From Bacteroidales bacterium (lineage in GTDB: Bacteria > Bacteroidota > Bacteroidia > Bacteroidales > CAIWKO01): a stretch of 64,000 nt of DNA. The stretch is from the NCBI GenBank assembly GCA_035389045.1, contig DAOORA010000006.1, positions 1 to 64,000 on the forward strand, in the 5' to 3' direction. The notes under the pieces are model-generated. The model did not search any database. It was given only the letters and a program-made list of their open reading frames with translations, and had not been told where the DNA came from. This document shows positions 28,476 to 38,196 of the stretch, piece after piece (positions within the stretch are counted from its first letter, which is position 1; every line of letters begins with the position of its first letter). The translations under genes were made by a program, and so were the position numbers.

Positions 28476-30761
28476 TTAGAATTTTATTATCCTTTCTCTG
28501 TAAACACTCATGCTGCTTTTTACTGTAAGGATATATATACCGGAAGGAAGATTATGAAGAAAAAGGTCGGTAACAGCAACAGCCTGTTGAGAAATAACTA
28601 TCTGTCCTTTTGCATTGAATAGAGTGATCATGCAGGATATGTCAGGTGATGAACTGATCTCGATGTGCAATTGATCATTACATGGATTTGGGAACACCCT
28701 GGCATTCACAGCCGCAGTCTTTTCCTCCGGAATTCCGGATAACGTAATTTGTGCCACATCCGAAGTGTCGGAGTAACAAAAACCATTTTCTGCGATCACA
28801 AAATATTCACCTGCGAGGCCTGCCACAACAAAAGGTCCGGTCGCTCCCGGAACAGGGTTGTCGTTGTAATACCACTGCTGAAGGCCGCTCCAGTCGGAAT
28901 AAAGGGTGTCGTTACTCTGGGTAATGACAGGCAGGTCCATCCCGGAAGGTGCAATATCAAAATAATTCAGAATGTAATGCATCAGGTTGTTTCGCGTGCT
29001 TTCCGGGTATATCGTTTCAAAAGGGATTCCCATATTGATCAATTTTCCCGGGCGGCTTCCTCCGGGAAACAGTCCGCTATAACAAACGCCTGCATAATTG
29101 GTTGTCAGCCCGCTGTATTCCAGACACGCGGCAGAACCGCCCTGCTGTGTGATCACATCAGGGTAATTTACATTGTAGGTACCATGGGTTCCGTCATCAT
29201 AATAAAAAGGGCCTGATCCGGCAAAGATGCTGCTTGAAGATGGCTGTGCCTGGTAGTATACACCGCTTTGGCCGTTGGGTGCGTCGTTGGTATAGGCTGC
29301 TTTAAGATAGTTGTGATAAAAATCTTTATCTGCCGATGATCCCAGATGGTCCAGATCCCAGCCAATTTCAGCGCCAGACACAAAAAGAGCGCCGCCCTGT
29401 ATCAGGTAATCCGCCACCAGGGTTTGCTCGGCGGTACTGAAACTTTCATTTACGGAACTTTCAACTCCAAGAATGTAATCAATAACCTTAAAACTATCCA
29501 CCACGACAAGTCCGTTTAATACCGCCTCGTTAGTGGCGGATACGAAATTATACCCGTTGGAATAAAAAGCTTGCCCGTGCTGACGTACGAAATTATAGGT
29601 ATTTCCGGCAGATGTCCGGTCGAACCCGTTTACGATCAGGACAGTGGGCTTACACAAACCCGGCACGGCGCCAAGTACTTCAGAATAGGCCGAGGTGTCG
29701 TAATTGCTGATCGCTGCAATTTTTATATAAACAGGGATATCGGGCATTTGTCCGGTAATCAGGAGGCTGTCTTTATGCAGTTTTATTGTGAAACTAAAGT
29801 TCAGCCCGTCATTACTGGTCTGTACGAAAAAATGAGTTACGTCAGGCTGTGCAGTGGCCAGCAACTGTAATGACGTGTTGCTTTCGGGCAGGAGTGCAAA
29901 ACTCACAGGAACCGCCAATGTCGGCAAATTCACGGGATAGCGCGGAACGGCTATGTTTCCTTCATCGCTAAGCAAGGAGTTCAGTGTGGAAGATTGTAAT
30001 ACTGAGGATACGGTGGCCGGTGTGCCATTCACCAACATATTCAATTGTACCAGACGTATGCCATGGCTATAGTCCGCATAGGTTTCCTCATGTCCGTTAT
30101 ACAACGGCTGTATTGGTGTTCCGCTGGTATAGTGCCAGCCATAAATCACCACACGGCCGGGCGAAGGATATCCGTAAATGATATTAGAAATCACCACATC
30201 TTTTTTGTCACCGCCAACAAGTTCCCCGAGGGGATGTGTCCCCAGTACGGCGCTTCGCTGCCCCCATACAGTCGTGTTATGCTGATCCATTACAGGGATG
30301 GTGGTCATCTGCGGGCTGGGCTCTATTGTTGATGGTGACAGATGTACCGTGGCTGCAGCCCATATCTGGTTAACCATTTTTCTCGTGGGCATGGTGCAGC
30401 CCGTGGCATCTGCGATGCGCTGTGCCAGCAAGGGAGTCATAGGACACAGAAAATAATTGGTGTCGCAGCCAATAGCAAGGTAATCGGGCAAAACATAATA
30501 AGTGTATGTATATGCAGTAGTGCCAATGGTTTCCGTATTGGTTACAGGTACGAGGTCTCGTTGAAATCCGGGGACATTTCCGCTCATAACCTGAGCATAA
30601 ATCTCGTTTTCGCGGTCAGTAAGCGTCATGGAGGTAACAAGCGAAACAAACTGATCACCGGTCAGAGCTCCTGCGGGACGCGGCGGAAGACTAAGCGTCT
30701 GGGCAACCAGGCAACAGGGAAACAACAAAAAATAGAAGAATATGCTTTTTGGCGACTTCAT
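28476..30761 (-). CDS. T9SS-secreted multidomain protein with unassigned N-terminal domain
   Basis: Signal peptide; C-terminal VFPNP...LPSGIYIL...IIK type A CTD; FN3-like segment and VLIVNGFDR domain in the middle. Confidence 0.85.
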   Translation of the reverse strand: MKSPKSIFFYFLLFPCCLVAQTLSLPPRPAGALTGDQFVSLVTSMTLTDRENEIYAQVMSGNVPGFQRDLVPVTNTETIGTTAYTYTYYVLPDYLAIGCDTNYFLCPMTPLLAQRIADATGCTMPTRKMVNQIWAAATVHLSPSTIEPSPQMTTIPVMDQHNTTVWGQRSAVLGTHPLGELVGGDKKDVVISNIIYGYPSPGRVVIYGWHYTSGTPIQPLYNGHEETYADYSHGIRLVQLNMLVNGTPATVSSVLQSSTLNSLLSDEGNIAVPRYPVNLPTLAVPVSFALLPESNTSLQLLATAQPDVTHFFVQTSNDGLNFSFTIKLHKDSLLITGQMPDIPVYIKIAAISNYDTSAYSEVLGAVPGLCKPTVLIVNGFDRTSAGNTYNFVRQHGQAFYSNGYNFVSATNEAVLNGLVVVDSFKVIDYILGVESSVNESFSTAEQTLVADYLIQGGALFVSGAEIGWDLDHLGSSADKDFYHNYLKAAYTNDAPNGQSGVYYQAQPSSSSIFAGSGPFYYDDGTHGTYNVNYPDVITQQGGSAACLEYSGLTTNYAGVCYSGLFPGGSRPGKLINMGIPFETIYPESTRNNLMHYILNYFDIAPSGMDLPVITQSNDTLYSDWSGLQQWYYNDNPVPGATGPFVVAGLAGEYFVIAENGFCYSDTSDVAQITLSGIPEEKTAAVNARVFPNPCNDQLHIEISSSPDISCMITLFNAKGQIVISQQAVAVTDLFLHNLPSGIYILTVKSSMSVYRERIIKF

Positions 30762-30871
30762 ATTACAAAGATAATAAAGGCAATAAATTATTGAAACTTC
30801 TCATCATGTGCAAAATCCGTTTCTTATAACTATTTATCAATTTTATTTTTTTATGCGAAACTTCAGTAAAA

Positions 30872-31096
30872 TTGTTAACGGTACTGAAAGAAAAAAACGC
30901 CATCAGTGATAAAAAAATTGAAAAAAGTATTGCTACCGACACAAACTATAAAAAAGTCGAAAAAGAATTGTCTTCCCTCAAAAGCCTTTTAGCGGATCTG
31001 GCCAGTAGATTTAAAAACAAGTGTCCGGATAAAACCGCAGAAGTGGCTCTTAAACTTGTAACGGAGACCCTCATTTCCATTTTGAAAAAAGAATAG
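30872..31096 (+). CDS. Possible small helical protein or gene remnant
   Basis: 74-codon ORF with TTG start and amphipathic helical composition; no motif recognised. Confidence 0.3.
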   Translation: MLTVLKEKNAISDKKIEKSIATDTNYKKVEKELSSLKSLLADLASRFKNKCPDKTAEVALKLVTETLISILKKE

Positions 31097-31248
31097 GGTT
31101 ATAATGTTAAAATAAACTCATCGCCTCGGGTAGAAACGCTCCCGGATGATCAAAAATTAGCAATAAATCATGCTCATGCCTTATTATTTTATACTTTTGA
31201 GGTCATATATTATTCTGTAATTATAAGAAAATATCATATTTCACAACA

Positions 31249-32160
31249 ATGTCGATCAAAGTTCAGAACATCACCAAAAAATACGGAAAACAGAAAGCCC
31301 TCGATAAAGTTTCATTTGAAATAAAAAGCGGAGAAGTGGTTGGCCTGCTTGGACCTAACGGTGCCGGCAAATCCACGCTGATGAAGATACTGACAGGTTT
31401 TATCCCCCCTACGTCAGGTGATGCTTTCATATGTGGTTTTGATGTCAGGGAACAATCACTGGAAGTTCGTAAAAAAGTCGGTTATCTCGCAGAACAAAAT
31501 CCTTTATACCTCGAAATGTACGTCCGAGAATTCCTGACTTTTATTGCAGGACTTCACAAACTGGGAAAAGAGAAAAAAAACAGGGTGGATCAGATGATTG
31601 AAATTACAGGACTTGAATCCGAACAAAATAAAAAGATCGGAGCCCTATCAAAAGGATACCGTCAGCGGGTGGGACTGGCCCAGGCACTTATGCACAATCC
31701 GGAAGTTTTGATTCTTGACGAACCGACCTCCGGCTTGGATCCTAATCAGATACTTGAGATCCGAAGCCTGATAAAGAAGATCGGTAAAGAAAAAACCGTT
31801 ATGCTCTCAACCCATATTATGCAGGAGGTGGAAGCGGTCTGCAACCGTTCTATCATTATCAACAAGGGAACTATTGTTGCCGATGATCTTACGGCAAACA
31901 TGCATCATTTATTAAAGAAAAGGAATACGGTCTCCGTCGAGTTTAACGCTAATGTCAACACTGATTACCTGAGGAAAATTTCCGGCGTGCTGAAAGTTAT
32001 CCCGAAGCGGGGTTATGTCTGGGAAATTGAATCAGACGAAGATACAGACATACGAAGCGAGATTTTTAAATTCGCAGTAAAAAATAATCTCGAAGTTCTT
32101 TCCATGCATAAAGAAATTGTGAGCATGGAAGATGTTTTTCATCAATTGACGAAAGAATAA
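31249..32160 (+). CDS. gldA: Gliding-motility-associated ABC transporter ATP-binding subunit
   Basis: MSIKV..ITK.YG.QKAL, GPNGAGKST, NPLY.EMYVREFL, LSKGYRQRVGLAQAL, LSTHIMQEVEA.C. Confidence 0.8.
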   Translation: MSIKVQNITKKYGKQKALDKVSFEIKSGEVVGLLGPNGAGKSTLMKILTGFIPPTSGDAFICGFDVREQSLEVRKKVGYLAEQNPLYLEMYVREFLTFIAGLHKLGKEKKNRVDQMIEITGLESEQNKKIGALSKGYRQRVGLAQALMHNPEVLILDEPTSGLDPNQILEIRSLIKKIGKEKTVMLSTHIMQEVEAVCNRSIIINKGTIVADDLTANMHHLLKKRNTVSVEFNANVNTDYLRKISGVLKVIPKRGYVWEIESDEDTDIRSEIFKFAVKNNLEVLSMHKEIVSMEDVFHQLTKE

Positions 32161-32299
32161 CGCAGAGGAATTTTTAAGGGAAAAATCTTTTTTTTTTGAG
32201 GTACTGGCATTATAAAATGTACTTCTTCAATAAATCAAATTGCCCATAAGGGCATAAATATCCAAAGGGCATAAAGAATATCTGATTTTTTCCCGTAGG

Positions 32300-32318
32300 C
32301 CTGCCTGCGGCAAGCAGG
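32300..32318. repeat. Short GC-rich palindrome CCTGCCTGCGGCAAGCAGG
   Basis: 9-bp arms with one mismatch in an AT-rich intergenic region. Confidence 0.5.
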
Positions 32319-32577
32319 GAATTAACACCAGAATAATTCCATAAGAATCAGGGGTATTCAATTGGCATAAAAAATGTAATGATCATCATATTGAATATCA
32401 TTTTCTTATGTTTATGTCCTATGGACAATAATTTAATCTTGACATAATCATTCTATTGATATTTAAGCCCTGCGGGCTATGGGTAAAGAGATTTTTACAT
32501 GAATCAAAACACTATGTTTTCAAGGAAAGAATCCGCACCGGCACCTCAAAAAAAGAAATGTCTTTTTAAAAATTTTA

Positions 32578-32607
32578 TTTGTATCTCATAAAAAAGTTCT
32601 ATCTTTG
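32578..32607 (+). promoter_or_regulatory. metK promoter
   Basis: TTTG (32578-32581), 18-nt spacer, TATCTTTG (32600-32607). Confidence 0.7.
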
Positions 32608-32621
32608 CACATTCAAAAAAA

Positions 32622-32668
32622 GTGGAAAGATTTGGATTGCTTGCAACCACGGAAAAAAATGCTAAAAC
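32622..32668 (+). ncRNA. Probable SAM-II-type riboswitch
   Basis: GTGG..GATTTG..GCTTGCAACCAC..GCTAAA follows the SAM-II pattern (P1 GTGG/CCAC; GAUUU; UUGC pairing with GCUAA). It lies between the promoter and metK. Confidence 0.62.
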
Positions 32669-32732
32669 ATGAGTTTTCCTACCAATACAATCCTGAACTT
32701 TTCTGAACTATTAATTAACTAAAAAAATTGTT

Positions 32733-34073
32733 ATGGGATATTTATTCACCTCCGAATCCGTATCTGAAGGGCATCCTGATAAAGTTGCCGACCAGATATC
32801 AGACGCTTTACTCGACGAATTTCTCCGCTTCGACCCTGAGTCGAAAGTAGCATGCGAAACCCTTGTCACCACAGGATTAGCCGTTTGCAGCGGGGAAGTA
32901 AAAACCACCGGATATGTCGATATCCAGAAAGTGGTTCGTGATGTTATTAAAAAGATTGGCTATACCAAAGCCGCATACAATTTCGACGCCACCTCCTGCG
33001 GGGTGATTTCAACAATTCACGGACAATCACCCGATATTAATCAGGGTGTCGTCCGCCAGAAAAAAGAAGACCAGGGCGCCGGCGATCAGGGAATGATGTT
33101 TGGTTATGCCTGTAAGGACATGGATAATTTCATGCCGATGCCAATCGAATTAGCTCATATCCTTTTACAGGAACTGGCAGCCATACGCCGTGAAGGAAAA
33201 AAAATGAAGTATCTGCGTCCCGATTCCAAATCACAGGTTACCATTGAATATGATGATGACGGAAGGCCTGTACGCATTGATACTATTGTCATATCCACAC
33301 AGCATGACGATTTTATCCCGCCTAAAAGCAACAGTGAAAAAGATATAAAGTTCGCAGAGAAAGCCATGCAGGATCAGATCATCAATGATATCAGAAACAT
33401 TCTTGTCCCGCGTGTGGTCAAAACACTGCCCAAACGGGTACAGTATTTGTTTCAGAATGATTATAAGCTCCATGTCAATCCTACCGGTAAATTCATTATT
33501 GGCGGCCCGCACGGCGACACAGGATTAACAGGACGCAAAATTATTGTAGATACTTATGGTGGTAAGGGAGCTCATGGCGGTGGCGCTTTCTCCGGAAAAG
33601 ATCCTTCAAAGGTCGACCGTTCGGCTGCGTATGCAGCCAGGCATATTGCCAAAAATCTGGTAGCTGCTGACGTTGCTGATGAAGTGCTTGTCCAGGTCGC
33701 ATATGCTATCGGAGTAGCAAAACCTGTCGGGATTTACGTTAACACCTATGGAACAGCTAAAATCAAAGATGTAAAAGGCAAAATTATGAAGGACGGAGAA
33801 ATTGCCAAAAGGATTGAGAAAATCTTTGACCTGCGCCCTTATGCCATCATTGAACGTTTCAGCCTGAAAAACCCAATTTTCCAGGAAACCACTACCTACG
33901 GGCATTTTGGAAGATCAAACCATGTCTCAGAAGTTGAAGTTTATTATCAGGACAAAACCACAAGAACAGTGAAAGTAAATGGTGAAGTGAAAAACTTCAA
34001 AAAAGTAGAATTTTTTGCCTGGGAAAAACTTGATTACGTTGATAAAATCAAAAAAGAATTTAAACTGAAATAA
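32733..34073 (+). CDS. metK: S-adenosylmethionine synthetase
   Basis: [49 protein letters not shown]. Confidence 0.98.
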   Translation: MGYLFTSESVSEGHPDKVADQISDALLDEFLRFDPESKVACETLVTTGLAVCSGEVKTTGYVDIQKVVRDVIKKIGYTKAAYNFDATSCGVISTIHGQSPDINQGVVRQKKEDQGAGDQGMMFGYACKDMDNFMPMPIELAHILLQELAAIRREGKKMKYLRPDSKSQVTIEYDDDGRPVRIDTIVISTQHDDFIPPKSNSEKDIKFAEKAMQDQIINDIRNILVPRVVKTLPKRVQYLFQNDYKLHVNPTGKFIIGGPHGDTGLTGRKIIVDTYGGKGAHGGGAFSGKDPSKVDRSAAYAARHIAKNLVAADVADEVLVQVAYAIGVAKPVGIYVNTYGTAKIKDVKGKIMKDGEIAKRIEKIFDLRPYAIIERFSLKNPIFQETTTYGHFGRSNHVSEVEVYYQDKTTRTVKVNGEVKNFKKVEFFAWEKLDYVDKIKKEFKLK

Positions 34074-34086
34074 AATTTTATCATAT

Positions 34087-34123
34087 AAAAAAAGCGCTGT
34101 GTTTTCAACAGCGCTTTTTTTTT
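34087..34123. terminator. Bidirectional intrinsic terminator
   Basis: A7-GCGCTGT-GTTTTCA-ACAGCGC-T9 between convergent genes. Confidence 0.9.
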
Positions 34124-34140
34124 AAACAAAACCAAACTAT

Positions 34141-34872
34141 TTACTGGTGGGCAACAACAAGTTTTTTTGTATAATATATTTTATTGTTCAGAAGAAATGA
34201 ATAAAAGTAAATTCCTTCCGGCAAATCATTAGTGTCAATACGCATTTTCCCCTCTTTTCCTTCTGCTGAAATTGTTTTAACTTCGTTTCCAACCATATCA
34301 GAAACGATAACCCGTAAACGGTCATCATTGCCTGAAATTTTGTACTTAATAAATGTCGCTTTATCTGAAGGATTGGGGAAGGCCGCCGAAACATCCGGAA
34401 CATTCGTGCTTTCTCCCACTCCTGAAGCCACAGCAATAAATTTACAATAAAACGATATGGAATCAGCTATGCTATCCATATTAAAGAACAAATATTTTAT
34501 CAGCGAAGTACCTTCATGCCCGTTGGCTTTATAATCAGCAAAAAACTCACTGGTCGTAGAACCTGCATTGATAATTGTCGGATCAGGGATCTGTGACACA
34601 CTGTCCGGCCAGCATGCGCCCCCCCAGCAAACCGTATTTGTTGACCCGGGCACTGTATCTATTTCTGTCCTGTAACATTTTACCGACAGGTCAGAAGAAG
34701 AGTTATTGGTCACATTAATATTACAATTCAAGGTATTTCCCACGTCTCCGCCGATAATAACAGTGTCCCCCTGTAAAACTGCGCCCTGGCCATTGGACAA
34801 GGTAAGGTTCTGTGCAAAAATTACAAAACCATGTATTAGAAAAAAAACTAAAAAAAATAATGTTTTTTTCAT
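34141..34872 (-). CDS. T9SS type A sorting domain protein (Ig-like, CWGGAC motif)
   Basis: Signal peptide from ATG 34872; C-terminal AFPNP...LPEGIYFY...TKKLVV. Confidence 0.85.
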   Translation of the reverse strand: MKKTLFFLVFFLIHGFVIFAQNLTLSNGQGAVLQGDTVIIGGDVGNTLNCNINVTNNSSSDLSVKCYRTEIDTVPGSTNTVCWGGACWPDSVSQIPDPTIINAGSTTSEFFADYKANGHEGTSLIKYLFFNMDSIADSISFYCKFIAVASGVGESTNVPDVSAAFPNPSDKATFIKYKISGNDDRLRVIVSDMVGNEVKTISAEGKEGKMRIDTNDLPEGIYFYSFLLNNKIYYTKKLVVAHQ

Positions 34873-35061
34873 AGTGCCGGATTTTAGATCATCTTGATAT
34901 TTATTTATTTTAACACGAAAAAGCACTTGTTTGTTCTTTATTTACAAAAATAATACAAAAAAACCCGAAATGCAATAATTAACGCAAAATTAACTACCAG
35001 ACAATATTAAATAGTCTGATTTTTGTTTATTTATGATAAATTTGTCCTAAAATTTAAACTT

Positions 35062-35604
35062 ATGAAATCAATACTGGCTTTACTATTCATCTTTTTTTAT
35101 TGCTTTGCCAATATCTATGCCCAGGACCCAAATACTGTAAATCCGGTTGGATTAAAAAAAATACCTTCAGTTATATTAAAAACCCTTGATAACAAGACAT
35201 TCAACACTTCAGATATTTCAAATGACGGAAAACCTGTGATCATAAGTTTCTGGGCAACCTGGTGCAAGCCTTGTGTGAACGAACTCAGCACCATTGCTGA
35301 TGTCTATGAAGACTGGCAGGAAGAAACCGGTGTAAAACTCATTGCAATTTCTATTGACGACACGAAAACTTCGGGCAATGTGAGTCCTTTTGTCAATGGG
35401 AAAGACTGGAATTATGACGTTTATCTCGATGTAAACAGCGACTTTAAAAGAGCTATGAATGTCAACCTGATCCCGCACACCTTTGTGATCAACGGCAAAA
35501 ATGAAATAGTCTGGCAGCATACTTCTTTTTCGCAGGGAAGCGAACTCGAACTTTTAAATATTGTCAGAAAAGTCTCAAAAGGAGAATTTCTGCCTTCAGA
35601 ATAG
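35062..35604 (+). CDS. TlpA-family disulfide reductase
   Basis: Signal peptide from ATG 35062, SFWATWCKPC, cis-Pro IPHTF. Confidence 0.9.
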   Translation: MKSILALLFIFFYCFANIYAQDPNTVNPVGLKKIPSVILKTLDNKTFNTSDISNDGKPVIISFWATWCKPCVNELSTIADVYEDWQEETGVKLIAISIDDTKTSGNVSPFVNGKDWNYDVYLDVNSDFKRAMNVNLIPHTFVINGKNEIVWQHTSFSQGSELELLNIVRKVSKGEFLPSE

Positions 35605-35636
35605 CTTTCATGCCCTTAATTCATTAAAAAGTATTT

Positions 35637-37298
35637 ATGAAACACCGATATACTTTTATCATTTTATTTTTAGGTTTACTTTCTTTCCGTCAGGGAAAAG
35701 CCCAGGGACTTGAAAAACTCCTTCAGAACAGCCGGATAAGCGGAAATTTTCAGTTCGACGGTATGTATTATAACAAAGATTCGCTGATCGGGGCTCCTGA
35801 CATCCCCCAAAAAGTACTGATGAATGCCTATGCCAACATCAGCTATTTCAATGGCCCTTTTTCAGCAGGTTTCCGTTTTGAAAATTATCTCTATGCTTTA
35901 CAGGGTTACGATCCTCGTTATAACGGCATTGGAATACCTTACCGTTTCGCCTCCTTTGAAAAGGACAAATTCACCATATCCATCGGCAACTCATACGACC
36001 AGTTTGGTTCAGGCCTTGTGTTCCGTGCATGGCAGGATGCCGGGCTGGGTTATGACAATTCGCTGGATGGCATCAATATCCGTGTGAATCCTTGGAATGG
36101 AATTACGATTAAAGGAATTTGGGGTAAGCAGCGGTTTTATTTCGATCATGGCCCCGGAGTAGTAAGGGGCACAGACGCCGAACTGAGCATCAACGAACTA
36201 TTTAATAAACTCAATAATAAACCGCTAAGGATCAATATTGGCGGTAGTTTTGTAAGTAAATACCAGGATGCTGATGATCCTGTATTCAATCTGCCCAAAA
36301 ATGTGGCCTGTTATGGCGGAAGAGGAGCTATCAGTTATAAAAACTTCTTAATCAATGGAGAGTATGCTCATAAAATCAATGACCCCTCTGCAGTGAACAA
36401 CCGCATTTATAAACCCGGAAATGCAACACTGATTCAGCTTACTTATGCGCAAAAGGGGATGGGGTTATATCTGGCAGCCATAAGAACCGACAATATGAGT
36501 TTTAAATCAGACCGGGATGCCGGAGGCAATGATCTGAATATAAACTATATACCCTCTCTGGCCAAACAAACCACCTACAGCCTTCCTGCTTTGTATATTT
36601 ATGGAACACAGCCCAACGGTGAATTCGGATTTCAGGCGCAGGGAATTTATACATTCAAAAAGAAAACAAAACTCGGAGGCAAATATGGGACGACAATTTC
36701 ATTGACCTATTCACGCTACAATAATATTTTTAAAAAACAGATTGACGAAAACACTCCGCTGGATTCCACGGGCACATTAGGTTATAAGTCTGATTTTTTT
36801 AAGTTCGGTAAAGAGGTTTATTATGAGAATTTTAATTTCGAGTTTTCAAAAAAGTTCAGCAAGTTGTTCAAGCTGATTGTGGAATATTTTTATATTCAGT
36901 ATAATTCTTCAGTCATCGAAGGCCATGTAATGCCCAACATCCATTCTCACACCATTGTCGCCGATATGACCTTTAACATTAATGAGAAACATTCCATCCG
37001 TTCGGAACTTCAGCATATGTATACCAAACAGGGAGAAGGATCGTGGGCTTATGCACTTGTGGAGTACACCATCGCACCCAAATGGTTCTTTTCCTTATCA
37101 GACATGTATAATTACGATAATGACATCGCTGAAAAAAGGCTGCATTATTATAACGTATCCACTTCATTTGCCACAGGCTCCACGCGTATAGCGCTCAGCT
37201 ACGGACGCCAGCGGGCCGGGATATTTTGCGCAGGAGGTGTATGCAGATTTGTTCCTGCCGCCAACGGGTTATCATTATCGGTTTCCAGCAGTTTTTAA
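35637..37298 (+). CDS. DUF6029-like outer-membrane beta-barrel protein
   Basis: Signal peptide, amphipathic strands, YDQFGSGL.FR, C-terminal YGRQRAGIFCAGGVCR and terminal Phe. Family name recalled, not searched. Confidence 0.75.
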   Translation: MKHRYTFIILFLGLLSFRQGKAQGLEKLLQNSRISGNFQFDGMYYNKDSLIGAPDIPQKVLMNAYANISYFNGPFSAGFRFENYLYALQGYDPRYNGIGIPYRFASFEKDKFTISIGNSYDQFGSGLVFRAWQDAGLGYDNSLDGINIRVNPWNGITIKGIWGKQRFYFDHGPGVVRGTDAELSINELFNKLNNKPLRINIGGSFVSKYQDADDPVFNLPKNVACYGGRGAISYKNFLINGEYAHKINDPSAVNNRIYKPGNATLIQLTYAQKGMGLYLAAIRTDNMSFKSDRDAGGNDLNINYIPSLAKQTTYSLPALYIYGTQPNGEFGFQAQGIYTFKKKTKLGGKYGTTISLTYSRYNNIFKKQIDENTPLDSTGTLGYKSDFFKFGKEVYYENFNFEFSKKFSKLFKLIVEYFYIQYNSSVIEGHVMPNIHSHTIVADMTFNINEKHSIRSELQHMYTKQGEGSWAYALVEYTIAPKWFFSLSDMYNYDNDIAEKRLHYYNVSTSFATGSTRIALSYGRQRAGIFCAGGVCRFVPAANGLSLSVSSSF

Positions 37299-37307
37299 TT
37301 TTTTTGT

Positions 37308-38189
37308 ATGAAAAGATATTGTTTTATTCTACCATTACTTTTATTCTTCTGGGCAACACTGTTCTTATCCTGTGACAAAGTGAAGCCGCCCTATATGAAT
37401 GTCACTGATGTTGCTGACTGTCCCGTCCCCGATTTCCCGGCTGTGGCTACACCTCAAAAAACGCTGCTGATCGAAGAGTTTACCGGGCATAGGTGTGTAT
37501 ACTGCCCCGGAGGCGCCCATTATATAGATCAGATCAAACAACAGTCTTACGGGGACAGGGTAATGGTTCTTGCCATACATGCCAGTATTCTGGCCGATCC
37601 CGAGCCCGGAAATTACAGTCTCGATCTCAGGCCGGGAACACACGGAGAAGAATTATATTCATATTTTGCCATACCCAACGAACCCCGTGCAGGCTTTAAC
37701 CGTGAAAAACTCGACGGTACCAACAATTTTTACGGCACTCCTGCATCCTGGCAGGCAAAAGCAGAACAGGTGCTTTCACAAAGCCCGGTGGTAACGCTGC
37801 AGATCATCAACAATTATGATTCATCAACCCGGAAGTTATGTTCGCATGTGAAAACCAGGTTTCTGGCCGCCAACGCTCAAAACCTGAAAATTGCACTTTT
37901 TATTTCTGAAGACAGCATTATCGGATATCAGAGCAATAACAACACAGCCTATGGCACTGTTCCTGATATTGTGGATTATGTTTTTATGAATGTGATGAGG
38001 GATGAGTTTGCCGGCACTTTCGGAGAGGTATTGACTACAGGAGGCGTCAGCCAGGATTCGAGCATTATCCGCACCTATAAAAAAATTCTCGATCCTGCAT
38101 GGAATGTAAAATACTGTAAAGTTGTTGCCTACGTTTATGATACAGACACCGATGTGGTGCTGCAGGCAGCCGAAGAAAAAGTTTACTAA
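37308..38189 (+). CDS. Omp28-family outer-membrane lipoprotein
   Basis: Lipobox FLSC-DK, LLIEEFTGHRCVYCP, AIH, EDSI...Q, C-terminal VVAYVYD....VLQ. Confidence 0.82.
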   Translation: MKRYCFILPLLLFFWATLFLSCDKVKPPYMNVTDVADCPVPDFPAVATPQKTLLIEEFTGHRCVYCPGGAHYIDQIKQQSYGDRVMVLAIHASILADPEPGNYSLDLRPGTHGEELYSYFAIPNEPRAGFNREKLDGTNNFYGTPASWQAKAEQVLSQSPVVTLQIINNYDSSTRKLCSHVKTRFLAANAQNLKIALFISEDSIIGYQSNNNTAYGTVPDIVDYVFMNVMRDEFAGTFGEVLTTGGVSQDSSIIRTYKKILDPAWNVKYCKVVAYVYDTDTDVVLQAAEEKVY

Positions 38190-38196
38190 ACATGAA

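Noticed and set aside
31249..32160. gldA without gldF/gldG as a broken system
   Set aside because: gldA is commonly unlinked from gldFG in Bacteroidota, and the partners may lie outside the window.
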